From NCBI RefSeq assembly GCF_009914755.1, contig NC_060926.1: DNA of 64,000 nucleotides. One strand, 5' to 3'. The notes under the pieces are model-generated. The model made no database searches, was not told where the DNA came from, and saw only the letters and a program-made list of their open reading frames with translations. The position numbers and the translations under genes were made by a program. The stretch is from the human T2T-CHM13v2.0 reference genome, Homo sapiens. Of this stretch, positions 38,485-50,680 are shown piece after piece (positions within the stretch are counted from its first letter, which is position 1; every line of letters begins with the position of its first letter).

Positions 38485-38635
38485 GCTTCCTGCACTCTAT
38501 TGCGCACAGAAACTACCGTGGATCTTGTTACAAGGCAGCTTTTGCTTTGGTGGGTTTGGGTGGCCCCAGAACCTGCATTTCTCTCAGGTGACCCTGGTGC
38601 TGCTGTCCCAGGGTCTCTGCTGGGAGTAGTGAGGG
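38485..38635. mobile_element. MER5-family remnant
   Basis: ggatcttgttacaaggcag...gggtttggggtggccccagaacctgcatttctctcaggtga...gagtagtgagg. Confidence 0.5.
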
Positions 38636-40639
38636 TGTAGACAGAATGAATGAACTAAGTCACTTCCGAGCTTTCTGGCTACACATTGCGCACCCAGCAA
38701 TGTGGGTGACGGGTCTTGACATGGGCACATGTGCCGAGCTTAAGGAAGAGGCCTTGGATGGTGAAACGGAAAATGAAATGAGCACTTTTCTATTTTACCG
38801 GATCACACATGCAGGGACAGTCGCCTTCGCTCCTCTCCTCAGTGGTTTCCTGCACTGTGAATCTCTGCTCACTTTTCTTTTGCCTTTTATGCTCCAGTTA
38901 GCACCTCCTCATTCTTGCGTTTTCTGGAACAAGGAGCACCGGTGTCTTACAAGATGGGGACCAGCTGGTTAATGCTCAAAAACAGGAGCAGGGATAATAT
39001 CATTCCACGTCTTTAAACTCAACAATCTGAATGAAAGTAGGTAATGGCACAGCAAAGCACCTGGGTCATGAGGCAAAAATGATTCTTGTTTTCAAATTTA
39101 ATTCAGTTTTCTCCTTAGGCCAGCTGAACTTGCTGAATGATCAGTAAGTTCATTCTTATGGATTCTTCTTTTTGGGCAAGGCTTGAGTCTCCCTGGTAGT
39201 ACCTTGGTCCTGCAGTTGCTTCATAAGAGCAGGTGTGGAGGGCAGAGACCTCATATCTGTGATCTGGCGCTGCAAGAAAAAAGTTCATACTCTTTCATTT
39301 TATCAACAGCATGTTAAAAAAATCTCTATCTTGAATGCAGTGACTTTGACTCCTTTGGGGGGACTTTCATCAGGTCCCCAGGTCCAGAAAAGCTTCTTTT
39401 TTTTGGCTGATAGCTTATGCCATTAGACACCTCTGGTGGTGGCTTTGTTGAAGCTGGTCTGCTTTGGGATTCATGCCGAGGTGACTACGGGATGTAAACC
39501 AAAAATGACACACACATAGAACCTCATGCCTGCCCAAGACTCTGGCTCAACGTGGAGGGCTCCTGCAATAGCTGCGAAAATGGGACTGAGCTGAAAGGTA
39601 CTGTTTAAATAGGAACTTTTGTTGTTGTAATTAAGAGGAGTCTAAACTTAATAACAAAAATCAAGGAGATTCTCTACTGAAATATTGCTTGGAACCTGGA
39701 ATGAAAATTCAATTGCTGCATTCCTCTACTCTTCAAACAGGTTGACGCATGATTTGCAACATATAATATTTTTATACATAATGTATTTACTTGATCTTAT
39801 ACAGGGTGTGTGTGTGTGTGTGTGACATACATGCGCACATATGTAAGATATGTTCTTCTTCATAGTTCCTGTGTGAAATACAAAATATATGGTTTGTAAT
39901 ATGTTTCCATCGTAAAATCTGAGTGATGAGATACAGTAAAAAATGCACTTTGTGCTTTAGGCATTTATGGATGTAGAAATTTTTGCTGAGTGAAAGCTGT
40001 ACATTTGGGTAAGTGACCAGGTCATCTGCAATCTCTGGAAAGTTGTGCAGTGGTGTATTCCGAACTTTGTTCTTGGGTTTCTCCCTGTCTCTTGGTTGGA
40101 AAGATATTAAATAAGGTTTTAAGTTTGAGCTTTTGATTGTTTTATTAGCATTTGAAACCATTATATTTGTGGAATTTGTGTTTCGTGATGCCACTAGAAT
40201 AATCATGGCTGGATATAAGTCAGAACCCGTGGATTCCAGATCTTCACTATGTATGTCACAACTTTGTGTCTGTGGGTGCACATCTGCCATGGGTCAAACG
40301 TGTCATCATATGTTTAATATGGAGACACACACTCTGTCACTATCATCATCATCATGGTCATTGTCATTATTAGTATCATTGCTTTTGGGTTCCTGTTATG
40401 TGCTGTTTCCTTTTTATTTCATCTTATATCATCTCATTTTTTGTTTTAGCTTTATTGCAGTCTCAGGATTGATTTTCAGTTCTAGGAACTGGGCACAGGA
40501 CACAGGGTCATGTGCAGATCAGTCAGCTCCCTGAGTGGTGAAGACAGCTCTGGCACTGCCCACCATGCCCCCTGCATCAGACTGTTTAATCACTCACACT
40601 CTTCTGCTACTGATGGCTCTGGGTGCGTGTGATGCATCT

Positions 40640-40765
40640 TCACACCTGCATCTTAGGTTTCTGGAGTGTAGAGACCCTGCCTTGTGTTTGCTCTGTGTCT
40701 CTCAAACTGCCTTGCGTGGGACTCTCCACTTGGCAAGTGATCAGTGAAGATTTAATGAATCAATC
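40640..40765 (+). mobile_element. L2 3' end
   Basis: ttctggagtgtagagaccctgcctt...acttggcaagtgatcagtgaagatttaatgaat. Confidence 0.5.
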
Positions 40766-42588
40766 GAACAGATACAGAACTAAAAAGAGCAATCACTGCT
40801 TATCGGGTTTTAAATGGACACTCACCCTCCCAGCCCCCTATCCCAGCATGACTATACACAGTCATGCTTCCCACTGACCGCCTGGCCTCCTGAAATGAAG
40901 TACCACGCTTAGCAATTCAGAGTATTATCTTAGCTTTCAAACACATGGGCATCCTGACAGTATACACACTCCATTTTAAGCACCTGTGTGGATTCACTGG
41001 CTTCTAAATACCTGCTATATTTAAAGCAGCCTGTGCATGTGATATTTGCAACACCTTCCCAAGCAGCCTGGTCCCTCTGGTGTGGTCCTAAGGCCCTGTC
41101 TCCAGTTCAGTTTTCAATAACAAGCACAACTTGCTTCTCACAGCTTCCCAGGGGAGATCACTCTGCAGTCCGGCAGCGTCACCTTGGGAAAAATCGTGCT
41201 TAGGATGGGCTGACAGCTGCCCTCTGTGAGCTGGTAGGTCTCAGGTAGGGAAAGAAGGACATTGACTTATGTGAGCCCTGAAGAGTTTGAGAGAGGGGAA
41301 TATCAGAGGATAGCATGGAGGCGATGTCTTTAGATCTGATGCTGGACCATTCCTGTTGGGTTAAAGAAAAGCTTATACATTTGATATGAATGTGATTGGA
41401 GGGCGAAGGCAATCGTGCTAGTATCTAAGCTTATCTCTATTGCAATGTCTGCATCTTAGCCAACTCTGTTACCTGCATGGCTCTGTTAGCACTGGGGCAA
41501 CCTCTCTGATAGGCAGAAACTGACATTAATTAGCAGAAGCATATACCTTCATGGAAGTGATAATTGACGCTCATAGCAATGAGTCAGAGGGCCTCTTGGA
41601 CCGAGAAATGCCTTTGCATCATAAAAGATAAGTAAGTTATATTTTGTATAGTTTTTATATTGAAATTACTTTTGTAATGGATGGAAATTGGCAACCCATG
41701 TAGCTGTGTATTAATTCTCTAGGAAATAGGAGCCTGTATCTCCTCCTGAAAAGCACATTTCCACCCCATCAGTGAGAGCAGCTCTGGTTCTCAGGCAGCA
41801 GCCTGCCTGCCCGCACAGGATGTGGACTGGGTGAATGTTCTGTGGTTCACTTCCTGGTACTTTCATGACTCATTTATGTTCTGTATCTCTAGCTCTCACC
41901 CTGTGTTTCTGATTTTTCCCATTGTGAATTGTTCCTTATATCCTGGGAGTTTGGGATCGAGAAGGTCCCTAACTGAATTAAGTGACAGGCAGGCCTCATA
42001 GAAAAACATTGGTGAGAAATGAGTTCTAGTTTGAGTCACTCTTTTGTATCTGTGCTGCTTTAGATAAAACAGGGACTAGTCTTTAGGTTTAGTTGCTTTA
42101 TTTGTCAAAGAAGAATGCAATGCCTTTGCAGCACGTCTCCTAAGAGACAATAAGACGATGCCTGTAAAAGCAACATGGACATCACTGAATGACCAGACAC
42201 ACACCAAGAATTACTTTTGCAGAGTTCTGCCGTGTATGGGCTTTTCTCTGCTTCTTGCCCCTTATCAGGGATGGTTTGGCCCCACCTGAAAATGCTTGGT
42301 GATGGGAAAGCCTGGAGGTAGACTGGTCCATCTATGTGTGATCTTGGACCATTATCAAAAGCAAGTGTTGAGCCTCCCAGCAGATAAGTTAGGGGGCTAA
42401 GTACTAGAATCAAGTCCTGAGGGAGAACACGGAGGTGGTGCTGCAAAGGCTTGTCCAAGATGTGTGTTCAGCAAACGGGTCTGGGATAAGAATCAGGGAG
42501 TGAGCCTAGGTGGAGCATGGCCTGTAGGAAGGTGGCCTGAAGAATTCTGGAGGACGAGAGATGTTGTGTGCCTTTAGGTGGGTGGCTT

Positions 42589-43413
42589 TGTGGCAGGCCA
42601 GTTTTCCCTGACAATCACAGAGACCGGCATGCATGACAATCACACAGACAGGCCTGCATAGCACTCCAATTACACAGACAGATTTCCACAGCACTGCCTC
42701 AACATTGGGTAAATAGTTAAATCTAGGGAAGTCAGTGCCCAGACATCAAAGCTAGAAATGAAACATAATGTTAGTAGGGGACTTGCATAGGCTTCTCCTA
42801 ACCTGGAGCAAGCCAAAATAATAGAGACAGCCTTACATTTCTAGTGTCAGGACCTGCCTCAGGTCAACGGAATCTGAGACAAGTCAAGGGAACATAGGCA
42901 GCTGTTTGAATAGATTCATTGGAGAGTCTAAGGCAGCTCTCTGGACCAAGCTGTAAAGGAGATAAGATAGAAACTATCACTCCGGTACCACAGTAGACAG
43001 GCCCAGACCAAGCTGTAAAGGAGATAAGATAGAAACTATCACTCCGGTACCACAGTAGACAGGCCTTGAAGGTACTGGGGAACTATCACTCTGGTACCAC
43101 AGTAGACAGGCCTTGAAGGTACTGGGGCCCTTTTAATCAGACTTCACAAGCATCCTTTGCCTCTGACCTTCTAGTTGAGACAAAACTAGTTACCAATAGA
43201 CTTAGGCAAATGCTATACTGCAAGTAGGCACATAACTCCAACCTACGTAAGCACTAAGAAAATTGTAACACTTTGAGTTGGTCTGGTGGAATTATCTCTG
43301 GCCTTCTTCCTGTATCCGGTTATAGCAATAAATTCCCTTCTTTCCTAGTTTGTCTGCTTCTCATTATTGGGCCTCGAGAAAATGCCCCTGGACCTGACTT
43401 GGTTCCAGGAACA
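42589..43413 (+). mobile_element. MER54-like ERVL solo LTR with internal duplications
   Basis: Starts tgtggcaggccagttttccctgacaatcacag; AATAAA near 43327; ends ttggttccaggaaca; GCTT on both flanks. Confidence 0.78.
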
Positions 43414-44886
43414 GCTTGAGCCTAAGTGAAAAGCCTGGGATGGGATAACATCTACATGGTATGATCAGAACAGCAACAAGTATCCGGGACGTGTCCTGGA
43501 TGGTGGTACAGGGTTTGGGATGGGGTGGGATGTCAAGTAGTGTCTTAGGATTGTGAGCCCAGCACTCTCACGGGTAGGGTGTAGTGCTTAGCAGGACTGT
43601 CATCTTGGCTACCAAGAAGCCACTCCCTAGGATGGGAGCAGATGGGAAACTGGGGACCAGAGAATGGGTGGCTTTGCAGCAAGGGGCAGGCAAGTCTGAG
43701 TGGGTGTAGACTGGATATTGTTAACATTGAGCTTCATTTTTTACTTCTTTTTTGTGCCCACTTCTGCGAGCTTGGAAGTGATTCTGAAAGTTCCCAGAAT
43801 TCAGCAGAACATGAATGTGGACAATTTACCTGCTACCTGGTATTCTATCACTAGAGCGTAATTTCATTAAATTTTCAAGAGTCTCTTTGAAATGCATGCT
43901 GTTGATCAAATTCCTCATACTATTTTCCATGAAGTTTGAGTGATACCAAAATGGAAGAAAGATTGATGCTTAGAGGGAGAAGGTAAAGTGTTAGGTTCAA
44001 GAAGGTGGAAAAACCAGTGCTCCCTGAACACAATCATTTTAGGGAAAGCTGCAAAGGTGTTTATTTAGGACCATCATTCTAGTGTTTCAGCAGCCAATTT
44101 GTCAAAGCACATGGCAGAGTAGACTAATGGCCTTCCAGGTCACATCCAATTCTAGGATTCTGAGACTCTGGACATTTGCTTATTGAATTGTTATCATCTT
44201 CCCAGACATGAAACAGGCTGTTTTTATAGCCAAAGGAATCTTATGTAGGTTTCACACATCCGCAGCTCTTACAAACTCAGAGAAGCTTCACTGGACAGAG
44301 ATCGACACTTCTAACACTAGTCCATTTCTTATAAATTGGGGTATCTTCCTGTCTCTCTGGAAATGACTTTTCTCAATAGTTGCATATCTTCTGAGCGATT
44401 GGTTTGTTTTTATCTTATTAAGTATGCAAATTGTATAACTGTGACTCACAGAAATATAAAGCTATTTTTTGTCCAACTTTATTAATATAAAACCTTTAGT
44501 ACATATTTTTATAGGCTTTATAATTAGTCACATTTTATGTCTTTATTCTTCAAAAACAGCAAACGAGCAAAAACTACCAATAGACCACATAGATTTTTTT
44601 CTTACGTCTACTAATTTAAGTTACCTTCTTGTATCTTGTAACTAACGTATCTCTTGATAAAAATTATTTGGAAGAAGTCAGTCAATAAAATGTGAGCAAA
44701 CATTAGACTCGTAGAAGGATGCCACACAGACTATGGTGTCCATTTGAAGTGGTCTTGCAATATTTTTCACCGTAAAGTAAAATCAAGTCCGCAATGATTG
44801 CCTTTAAACCTGACCATGCAGCAGAATAATTTGGATAGCACTGAAGTAATTTCTTTATGTATTTGTATTTATTTATCAAAAATCTA

Positions 44887-45007
44887 GGCTGGGTGTGGTG
44901 GCTCATGCCTGTAATCTTAGTACTTTGGAAGGTGGAGGTGGGAGGACCTTTAGGGCCAGGAGTTTGAGACCAGCCTGGTCAACATAGCAAGACCCTGACT
45001 TTAAAAA
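44887..45007 (+). mobile_element. Alu monomer (FLAM-like)
   Basis: Single left-type monomer plus A tail; TSD AAAAATCTA (44878-44886 / 45008-45016). Confidence 0.9.
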
Positions 45008-45109
45008 AAAAATCTAAAAAAAAAATTTGCACATGTACCTGAAAACAAACAGTACCATTGGCTTATGATAAAAAAAAAAAAAAACCCAAAAACCAAAAAC
45101 CTCTCTTCA

Positions 45110-46930
45110 CTCCTCAGACCAGCTTCCCGGTGATAACTGCATGTAACTCTTGTATTTCTTTTGGTGGTTTCTTTTTTATTTCCATATAATATGGTTTGAT
45201 TGGTTTTTCTTACTTAATTAAGCTGAAACATACTCAATTGATTTCCTGCTACAGTAGATGACAATTTAGCTCTCTCTGCTTTTATGTCCCTCTTCTAAGC
45301 TGCTAAAATAACGCTATTTTACCTAAATCAGAATTTACTCATTGTAATTATATAAATACTATTTGTTGCAAAGTTGCATTGCGAACTAAAATTACATTTC
45401 CTTTTCTACATAGTATTTTGCTTTTCTTGGGTTTTCTCAAATTTCTTCACTTGGATGATTTGCTAGCCAGAGAGCATTTTTGAGAACCACATTATGTCAT
45501 CCGGAAATTTTCTCTCTCACAGCCCTCCAGCCTCCTCTCCAATCTGGACTGAGTTCTACCTAGGTCTGCAGCATGGCTAGCTTCAAAGATTCTGCTTTAC
45601 AGATTAGATAACTTGTGCCTTTTGTTTTCTAGATTTTCTCTATTTCTTTTCTTTGCTTTCTATATTCCATCTTCCTGTCTCTCCTAAGAAATATTTCTTG
45701 ACCATTTTTGAGTCACTAAATGTCTGATGATGTCTTTCTCAGCCATCATACTCAACTAATAATTTGGCTAGGTTTCAAATTCTAGGCAAAACAAAACATT
45801 TTCCTAGAATTCTACAGGTTTTCTACATTATCTTCTCCTTTCAGTGTTGCTGTTGATATATTTAAGCATATATATTAGAGTAACAACTCTAATTCTTGAT
45901 CCTTTTGTATAGTTTTGTTTTCTGTTTGGAAGCTTTAAGGATTTTTTCTTTGTTTTTGATCTCCTAAAATTTCACATAACTGCACCTACTTACTGTATTT
46001 GTGTCTTCTATTGTATTGGGTATATGATAGATCTCTTAGATGGAAAACTTATATCTTAAAGTTTTATAAAGGTTTTTTGTGCATTTTCTTAGATAATTTT
46101 CTCAATACCTTTTCCTTTGAACTCTTTTTCTGGTGGTTTATTGGTGTTGATTCTATTGGTCTCTTATCTTTTCTGGTCTATGTTTTTGGCTTCTTTGTGT
46201 TTTATTTCTGCTTTTTGAGATATTTGGTTGACTTCATTTCTGACCCTTTTACTGATTATTTTATGGGAGTACCATTTACAAATTTCAGAATTTTTTCTTG
46301 TCATATTGCTCTTTTTCTACTTTTTACTTTTTTAAAAATGATACATAATATGTACATATTTATGGGGTACATGTGATATTTTGATATACGCATACAATGT
46401 TTAATGATCAAACATTACATGCATGTATCAAAATATCTCATGTACCCCATAATATGTACAAATATGTACAAATATTCTGTCCACCACCTCAAACATTTAT
46501 CATTTCTTTGTGTTGGGAACATTTTAACTCTCCTCTTCTAGCTATTTTGAAATATATAATAAATTGCTAGCTGCAGTCACTCTACTGAGCTATCGAACAC
46601 TAGAACTTACTCCTTCTATCTAGCTCTATGTTTGCACCATTAGCCAACCTTTCTTCATCCTCACTCTCCTCCTTCCCAGCAGATTGGTCCTTTTTAAAAG
46701 ATGCCTGATCCTGGCTTTTTTGTTTCTGTTTGTTTAAATTTTGGATTTGATATCATCTTTTGTCTCTTTGAAGTATATGTTATCAACTTGGAGAGTAATC
46801 AGTTATTTCTGTTGTTTTTGTTTTCTTCTACTTCAAACATCATCTTTGTGTCCATTCTTCTATTCATTTAATTTTTTCTTTTTCTATTATTGGTTTCCCT
46901 TGAATATTTGAGGATCCTAGCTATTAGTTA
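45110..46930 (-). mobile_element. Old decayed L1 (L1ME/MC-like) region
   Basis: aataatttggctaggtttcaaattctagg...cattttcctagaattc...tctgtttggaagctttaagg are antisense old-L1 motifs. Confidence 0.6.
46322..46680 (-). mobile_element. L1MA-family 3' end containing an inverted duplication
   Basis: tgtacatatttatggggtacatgtgatattttgatatac...cacctcaaacatttatcatttctttgtgttgggaacatt; same family as 1825-2460. Confidence 0.9.
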
Positions 46931-46941
46931 ATAGTTTAGAC

Positions 46942-47150
46942 CAGGATTGTCAGACGTGTTCTGTAAAAGGCCAGATAGTAAATTGTTTATGCTTTGTGGC
47001 TATACTCTCCCTGTCACAACTATTCAACTCTGCTGTTATAGTGAGAATTCAGATATGAACAAAAAAATTGGCATCACTGTGTTTCAATAAAACTTTACTT
47101 ACAAATGCAGGCTGTGTGCTGGATTTAGCCTGCCATAAATTTGCAAGCCC
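46942..47150. mobile_element. MER58A hAT-Charlie element
   Basis: ttctgtaaaaggccagatagtaaat...cacaactattcaactctgctgttatagtg...tgtttcaataaaactttacttacaaa...ggatttagcc. Confidence 0.88.
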
Positions 47151-48664
47151 TAGGTTCAAAGTAGCTGATGGTATTAAAAAAAGCTTTTTGAGACCTGCAT
47201 GTGCATAGACATGGATGTTTGACCTTGAGGGTGATGGGGGCAGATTCCTGAGGTTTTGCGCAGGGATCCCCAGCTGCCAGTATCTGGAGATCTTTCCTCT
47301 AAGCCCTCCTGTTTTTCCACAGAAGAAACCTCTGACGGCCGGCCTGGGTATAGAAGTCGGCCTGTGTTCTGCACACAGGCTGGGGTGAGGGTGCATGTCC
47401 TTCCTCAGGGACCTTTTTCCTGTCCGCCTTGCCTCTGGATCCTCTCCATAGAAAACACGGGCTTGCATTACAAAAAAGTGTCTTGGACTCTACCCCAGAA
47501 CCACTGCATTAAAGTATTGGAGGGTGGAGTTCAGGCATCTTTACTTTTAAAACGTTCTGTAGGTAGTTTTGAGGGCAGACAGAGGGAAGAATTGGCTCTC
47601 TGAGGGATGGTTATTTTTCTGGGGTTTTGAATTTACAATTCAGAGAGGTTGCCACCTGCTGGCAAAGACATATTTTCCTAATATTTGAAAGACATTTAAT
47701 TTTTTTAAAAGTCATCTTATCTTAATTGGAATAATTTATTATAAAATGAGAGAAGACCTTACTAGGGGACACACATCTGTTAACCACTGCTATTTAGAAA
47801 ATTAGATGCTTGGAAAATTGTTTGACTGATGAGAGAACAACTCAGGGAGTTGGCACTAGACTTTTAGCTTCAGGATAAAACTTAGTAGAACTATAATCCC
47901 AAGGGCCAGAGAAACAACACAGAAATAATTGGCAAAATGAAGTATGACTCAAAGAATGCACAAACTGTACAAAAGCGTGATGTGCAAGACAAACTCTCTG
48001 AGTTCAAATTGTTTTCACACAGGCTGCTTGAGGGTCTGTATTTTCCAAGATGAGACAGCAAGCAAACATTTCACAGCAACAGAGCGTGGCTTCATGTGTT
48101 CCAAATGCTACAATAACCTCAATCACCTCAGACCATACTGAATTGACTTCTGCCTAACACTACCCTAGTCCAGCCCTGCACGCCCTATAAGCCCCCTCAC
48201 CTCATTTTCCCCTTCTGAGATGCTACCGAAACTCTTCCTCAGTGGCGATAGATGAACTGAGCTTTGTGTAATCACCAGGTCTCTGTGGTCCGCCTTGCAC
48301 GGAAGCACTGGCAGTCAGGAAGCAGTGGCTGTCGCAGCACCTGCCACTCAAGAAGCTGATGGTGAAAAGCAAAACAAGGGGGTCCAGATGCTGCCCGACC
48401 CCAGCACTCAGCCACAGGAGGGGTGTCCTCAGCCTGCCTTCTATGTTCTAGCTTCGTCCAAGTGAGTCTCATTGGCAGAAATGAAACTGCGTCCAAACCT
48501 TGGCGGCAAGCAGTCTTGGACTTCTAGGTTTGAACTTTCTTGTCCCTAGGATAGGAGGGAAAGGAGGAGGGGGTGGAGAGGAAGTAGAAGCCAGCGATAA
48601 TAGATAACATGTAGCACAGGCAATGTACACAAATCTTCTAAAAATAAGAGACACCTGGAGGTGA

Positions 48665-48860
48665 TGTTGTAGTGGAAACATTGGTGACCTAGAGATAGAA
48701 GACCCGAACTTGGCACCTTATTAATTATAACCTCGGGAAAATTCACTTTACCTTAAGGTATTAAATTTTCCCTCTGTGTGTTGGTTATAATATTTATTTT
48801 CCAAACTTTTTTATGAGGATTGGATGACCTCGATTCAAAATGTGTAAAATGTCTACACTC
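48665..48860 (+). mobile_element. MIR
   Basis: gtagtggaaacattgg...ataacctcgggaaaattcacttt...aattttccctctgt. Confidence 0.5.
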
Positions 48861-49841
48861 GTTGAAATGCATTAGAGGCTTCAAAGACAGAAATAATAGG
48901 AGTTTAACATAACACAATACATTCTCCATTACCAAACTGTAAACAAATAACAGACATTACTGGTATCACACACACTATGGAAAAGATAAGGAGCTGGCTC
49001 AGGGCTAGCTGCACTTTTCCCATGGACTACAGCTTCTGGCTTCCTTTCTGTGAAAGCAGGGAAGCATTCCCTTGTCGTTAATTACTCTACATCGTATCAT
49101 CTGACTTTCTCATAGGGCTGGCATCCTCAACGCAAGGGACTTTGTTTCCTTTAAAAAAATTGTCATTCTGCCGATCACATTACACATTTTAAACAATACA
49201 ATAAAATCACTTTTAAGCAGATATACACATTCATTTCCTGAAAAGCTCAGGCATAGTATATGTATAGTATTACTTCATGATTAATATTGATGAGAAGGTT
49301 GCGATGTCCAAGGAGAAAGAAAATGCACGATTTCTGCCTCTTAGATGCCTGTTCATTTCTCACCACAGCTTATCTGGGAAAAATAATTTCTGCCGTGTGG
49401 TTAGGCTTTAGGCTCTATCTTACACTTTAACGGTATAGGTAAAATATTTAGCTTCGAAGCTCGATGTAATTTAAACAATTATTTTCACTACTCGTGCATG
49501 GTCCAGAGAAGCCAACAGTTATCTAGAAAGGGCTTTAGATTGAGAAATCACTTGATTTTACCATGTTTCCAGTCTAGAATTAAGACTTCATTCAGCAAAG
49601 TTTCTTCCGTCTATCTCACATATTTTGATTGTTGATGACACTTTCATTTATTACTCATTAAAATTTTCTGTGAATTATGAGAATGTATGATTGCAAATTC
49701 CTCCTTCTTCAAAGTAAATGGAAGCAGGATTCTCTGAAATGCCAGAACTCATAACTGGAAGTAGCCCAATAGATTAAGAGAACAATGCCACAGAATTGTC
49801 ATTTTCTTAAAGTCTATCTGATAACTGGTCAAGGTCAAGAT

Positions 49842-49894
49842 TGTGCGTGCATGTGTGTGTGCGTGCATGTGTGTGTATGCATATGTGTGTGCAC
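49842..49894. repeat. 53-bp uninterrupted alternating purine-pyrimidine tract
   Basis: tgtgcgtgcatgtgtgtgtgcgtgcatgtgtgtgtatgcatatgtgtgtgcac. Confidence 0.9.
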
Positions 49895-50148
49895 TTCCCT
49901 TCTAAGAGATGATGCCTATGGATTCTGTTAAAATGTCTTCCGTTTGCATTTTAAATAGATTTCTTTTCAGTTCAATATTTTCTTATTCTTTTTAAAACTT
50001 TTTTTAAAAACATCTTCCCTACTCTAAAGTGAGCTTTGCTTCATGAAGAGTCTCTCGTATGCTTATCTATATATCCTTATCTCTATCTAGATTATCTGCT
50101 TCTGTAATCTCTAGTCATCATCTGTTGAATATAATTGAATATATATGT

Positions 50149-50587
50149 CGTGATGGTTAATACTGAGTTTCAACTTGATTGGATTGAAGGGGTGCAAAAT
50201 ATTGATTCTGGGTGTGTCTGTGTGGGTGTTGCCAAAGGAGATTAACATTTGAGTCAGCAGGCTGGGAAAGGCAGACCCACCCTTAATCTGGGTGGGCACC
50301 ATCTAATCAGCTGCCAGTGCATATAAAGCAGGCAGAAAAACGTGAAAAGGCTAGACTGGTTAGCCTCCCAGCCTACATGTTTCTCCCATCCTGGATGCTT
50401 CCTGCCCTTGAACATTAGACTCCAAGTTCTTCAGTTTTGGGACTCGGACTAGCTTCCTTGCTCCTCAGCTTACAGACAACCTATCTTGGGACTTTGTGAC
50501 CATGTCAGTTAATACTACTTAATAAGCTCCCCTTTATATATCTATATCCTATTGGTTCTATCCCTCTAGAGAACCCTGACTAATACA
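50149..50587 (+). promoter_or_regulatory. 5' LTR (MLT2A1/MLT2A2) of HERV-L
   Basis: (c)gtgatggttaatactgag...cttgattggattgaagg...TATAAA near 50322...accctgactaataca. Confidence 0.93.
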
Positions 50588-50592
50588 GATTT

Positions 50593-50607
50593 TGGTACCA
50601 GGAGTGG
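50593..50607 (+). other. Primer binding site, tRNA-Leu
   Basis: TGGTACCAGGAGTGG is complementary to the 3' end (CCACTCCTGGTACCA) of tRNA-Leu(TAA); 5 nt downstream of the 5' LTR. Confidence 0.88.
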
Positions 50608-50680
50608 TGGTAGAGGAACAGAATATTAAGGATGGAGTTATTTTAGTTGGTTTTGTGATTTCTGCAGCTGGCTGCTTAGT

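Noticed and set aside
39787-40534. 167-aa (-) and 133-aa (+) ORFs with hydrophobic stretches
   Set aside because: They span (TG)n, (TCA)n and T-rich sequence; hydrophobicity reflects base composition and no homology was recognised
42972-43112. CRISPR-like array: three 32-bp repeats separated by different spacers
   Set aside because: The spacers (30 and 15 nt) are themselves copies of flanking LTR sequence, explained by two overlapping tandem duplications; eukaryotic DNA with no cas genes
48150-48285. Possible MER21/MER77-type LTR 3' fragment
   Set aside because: Similarity too short and degenerate to call without an HMM search
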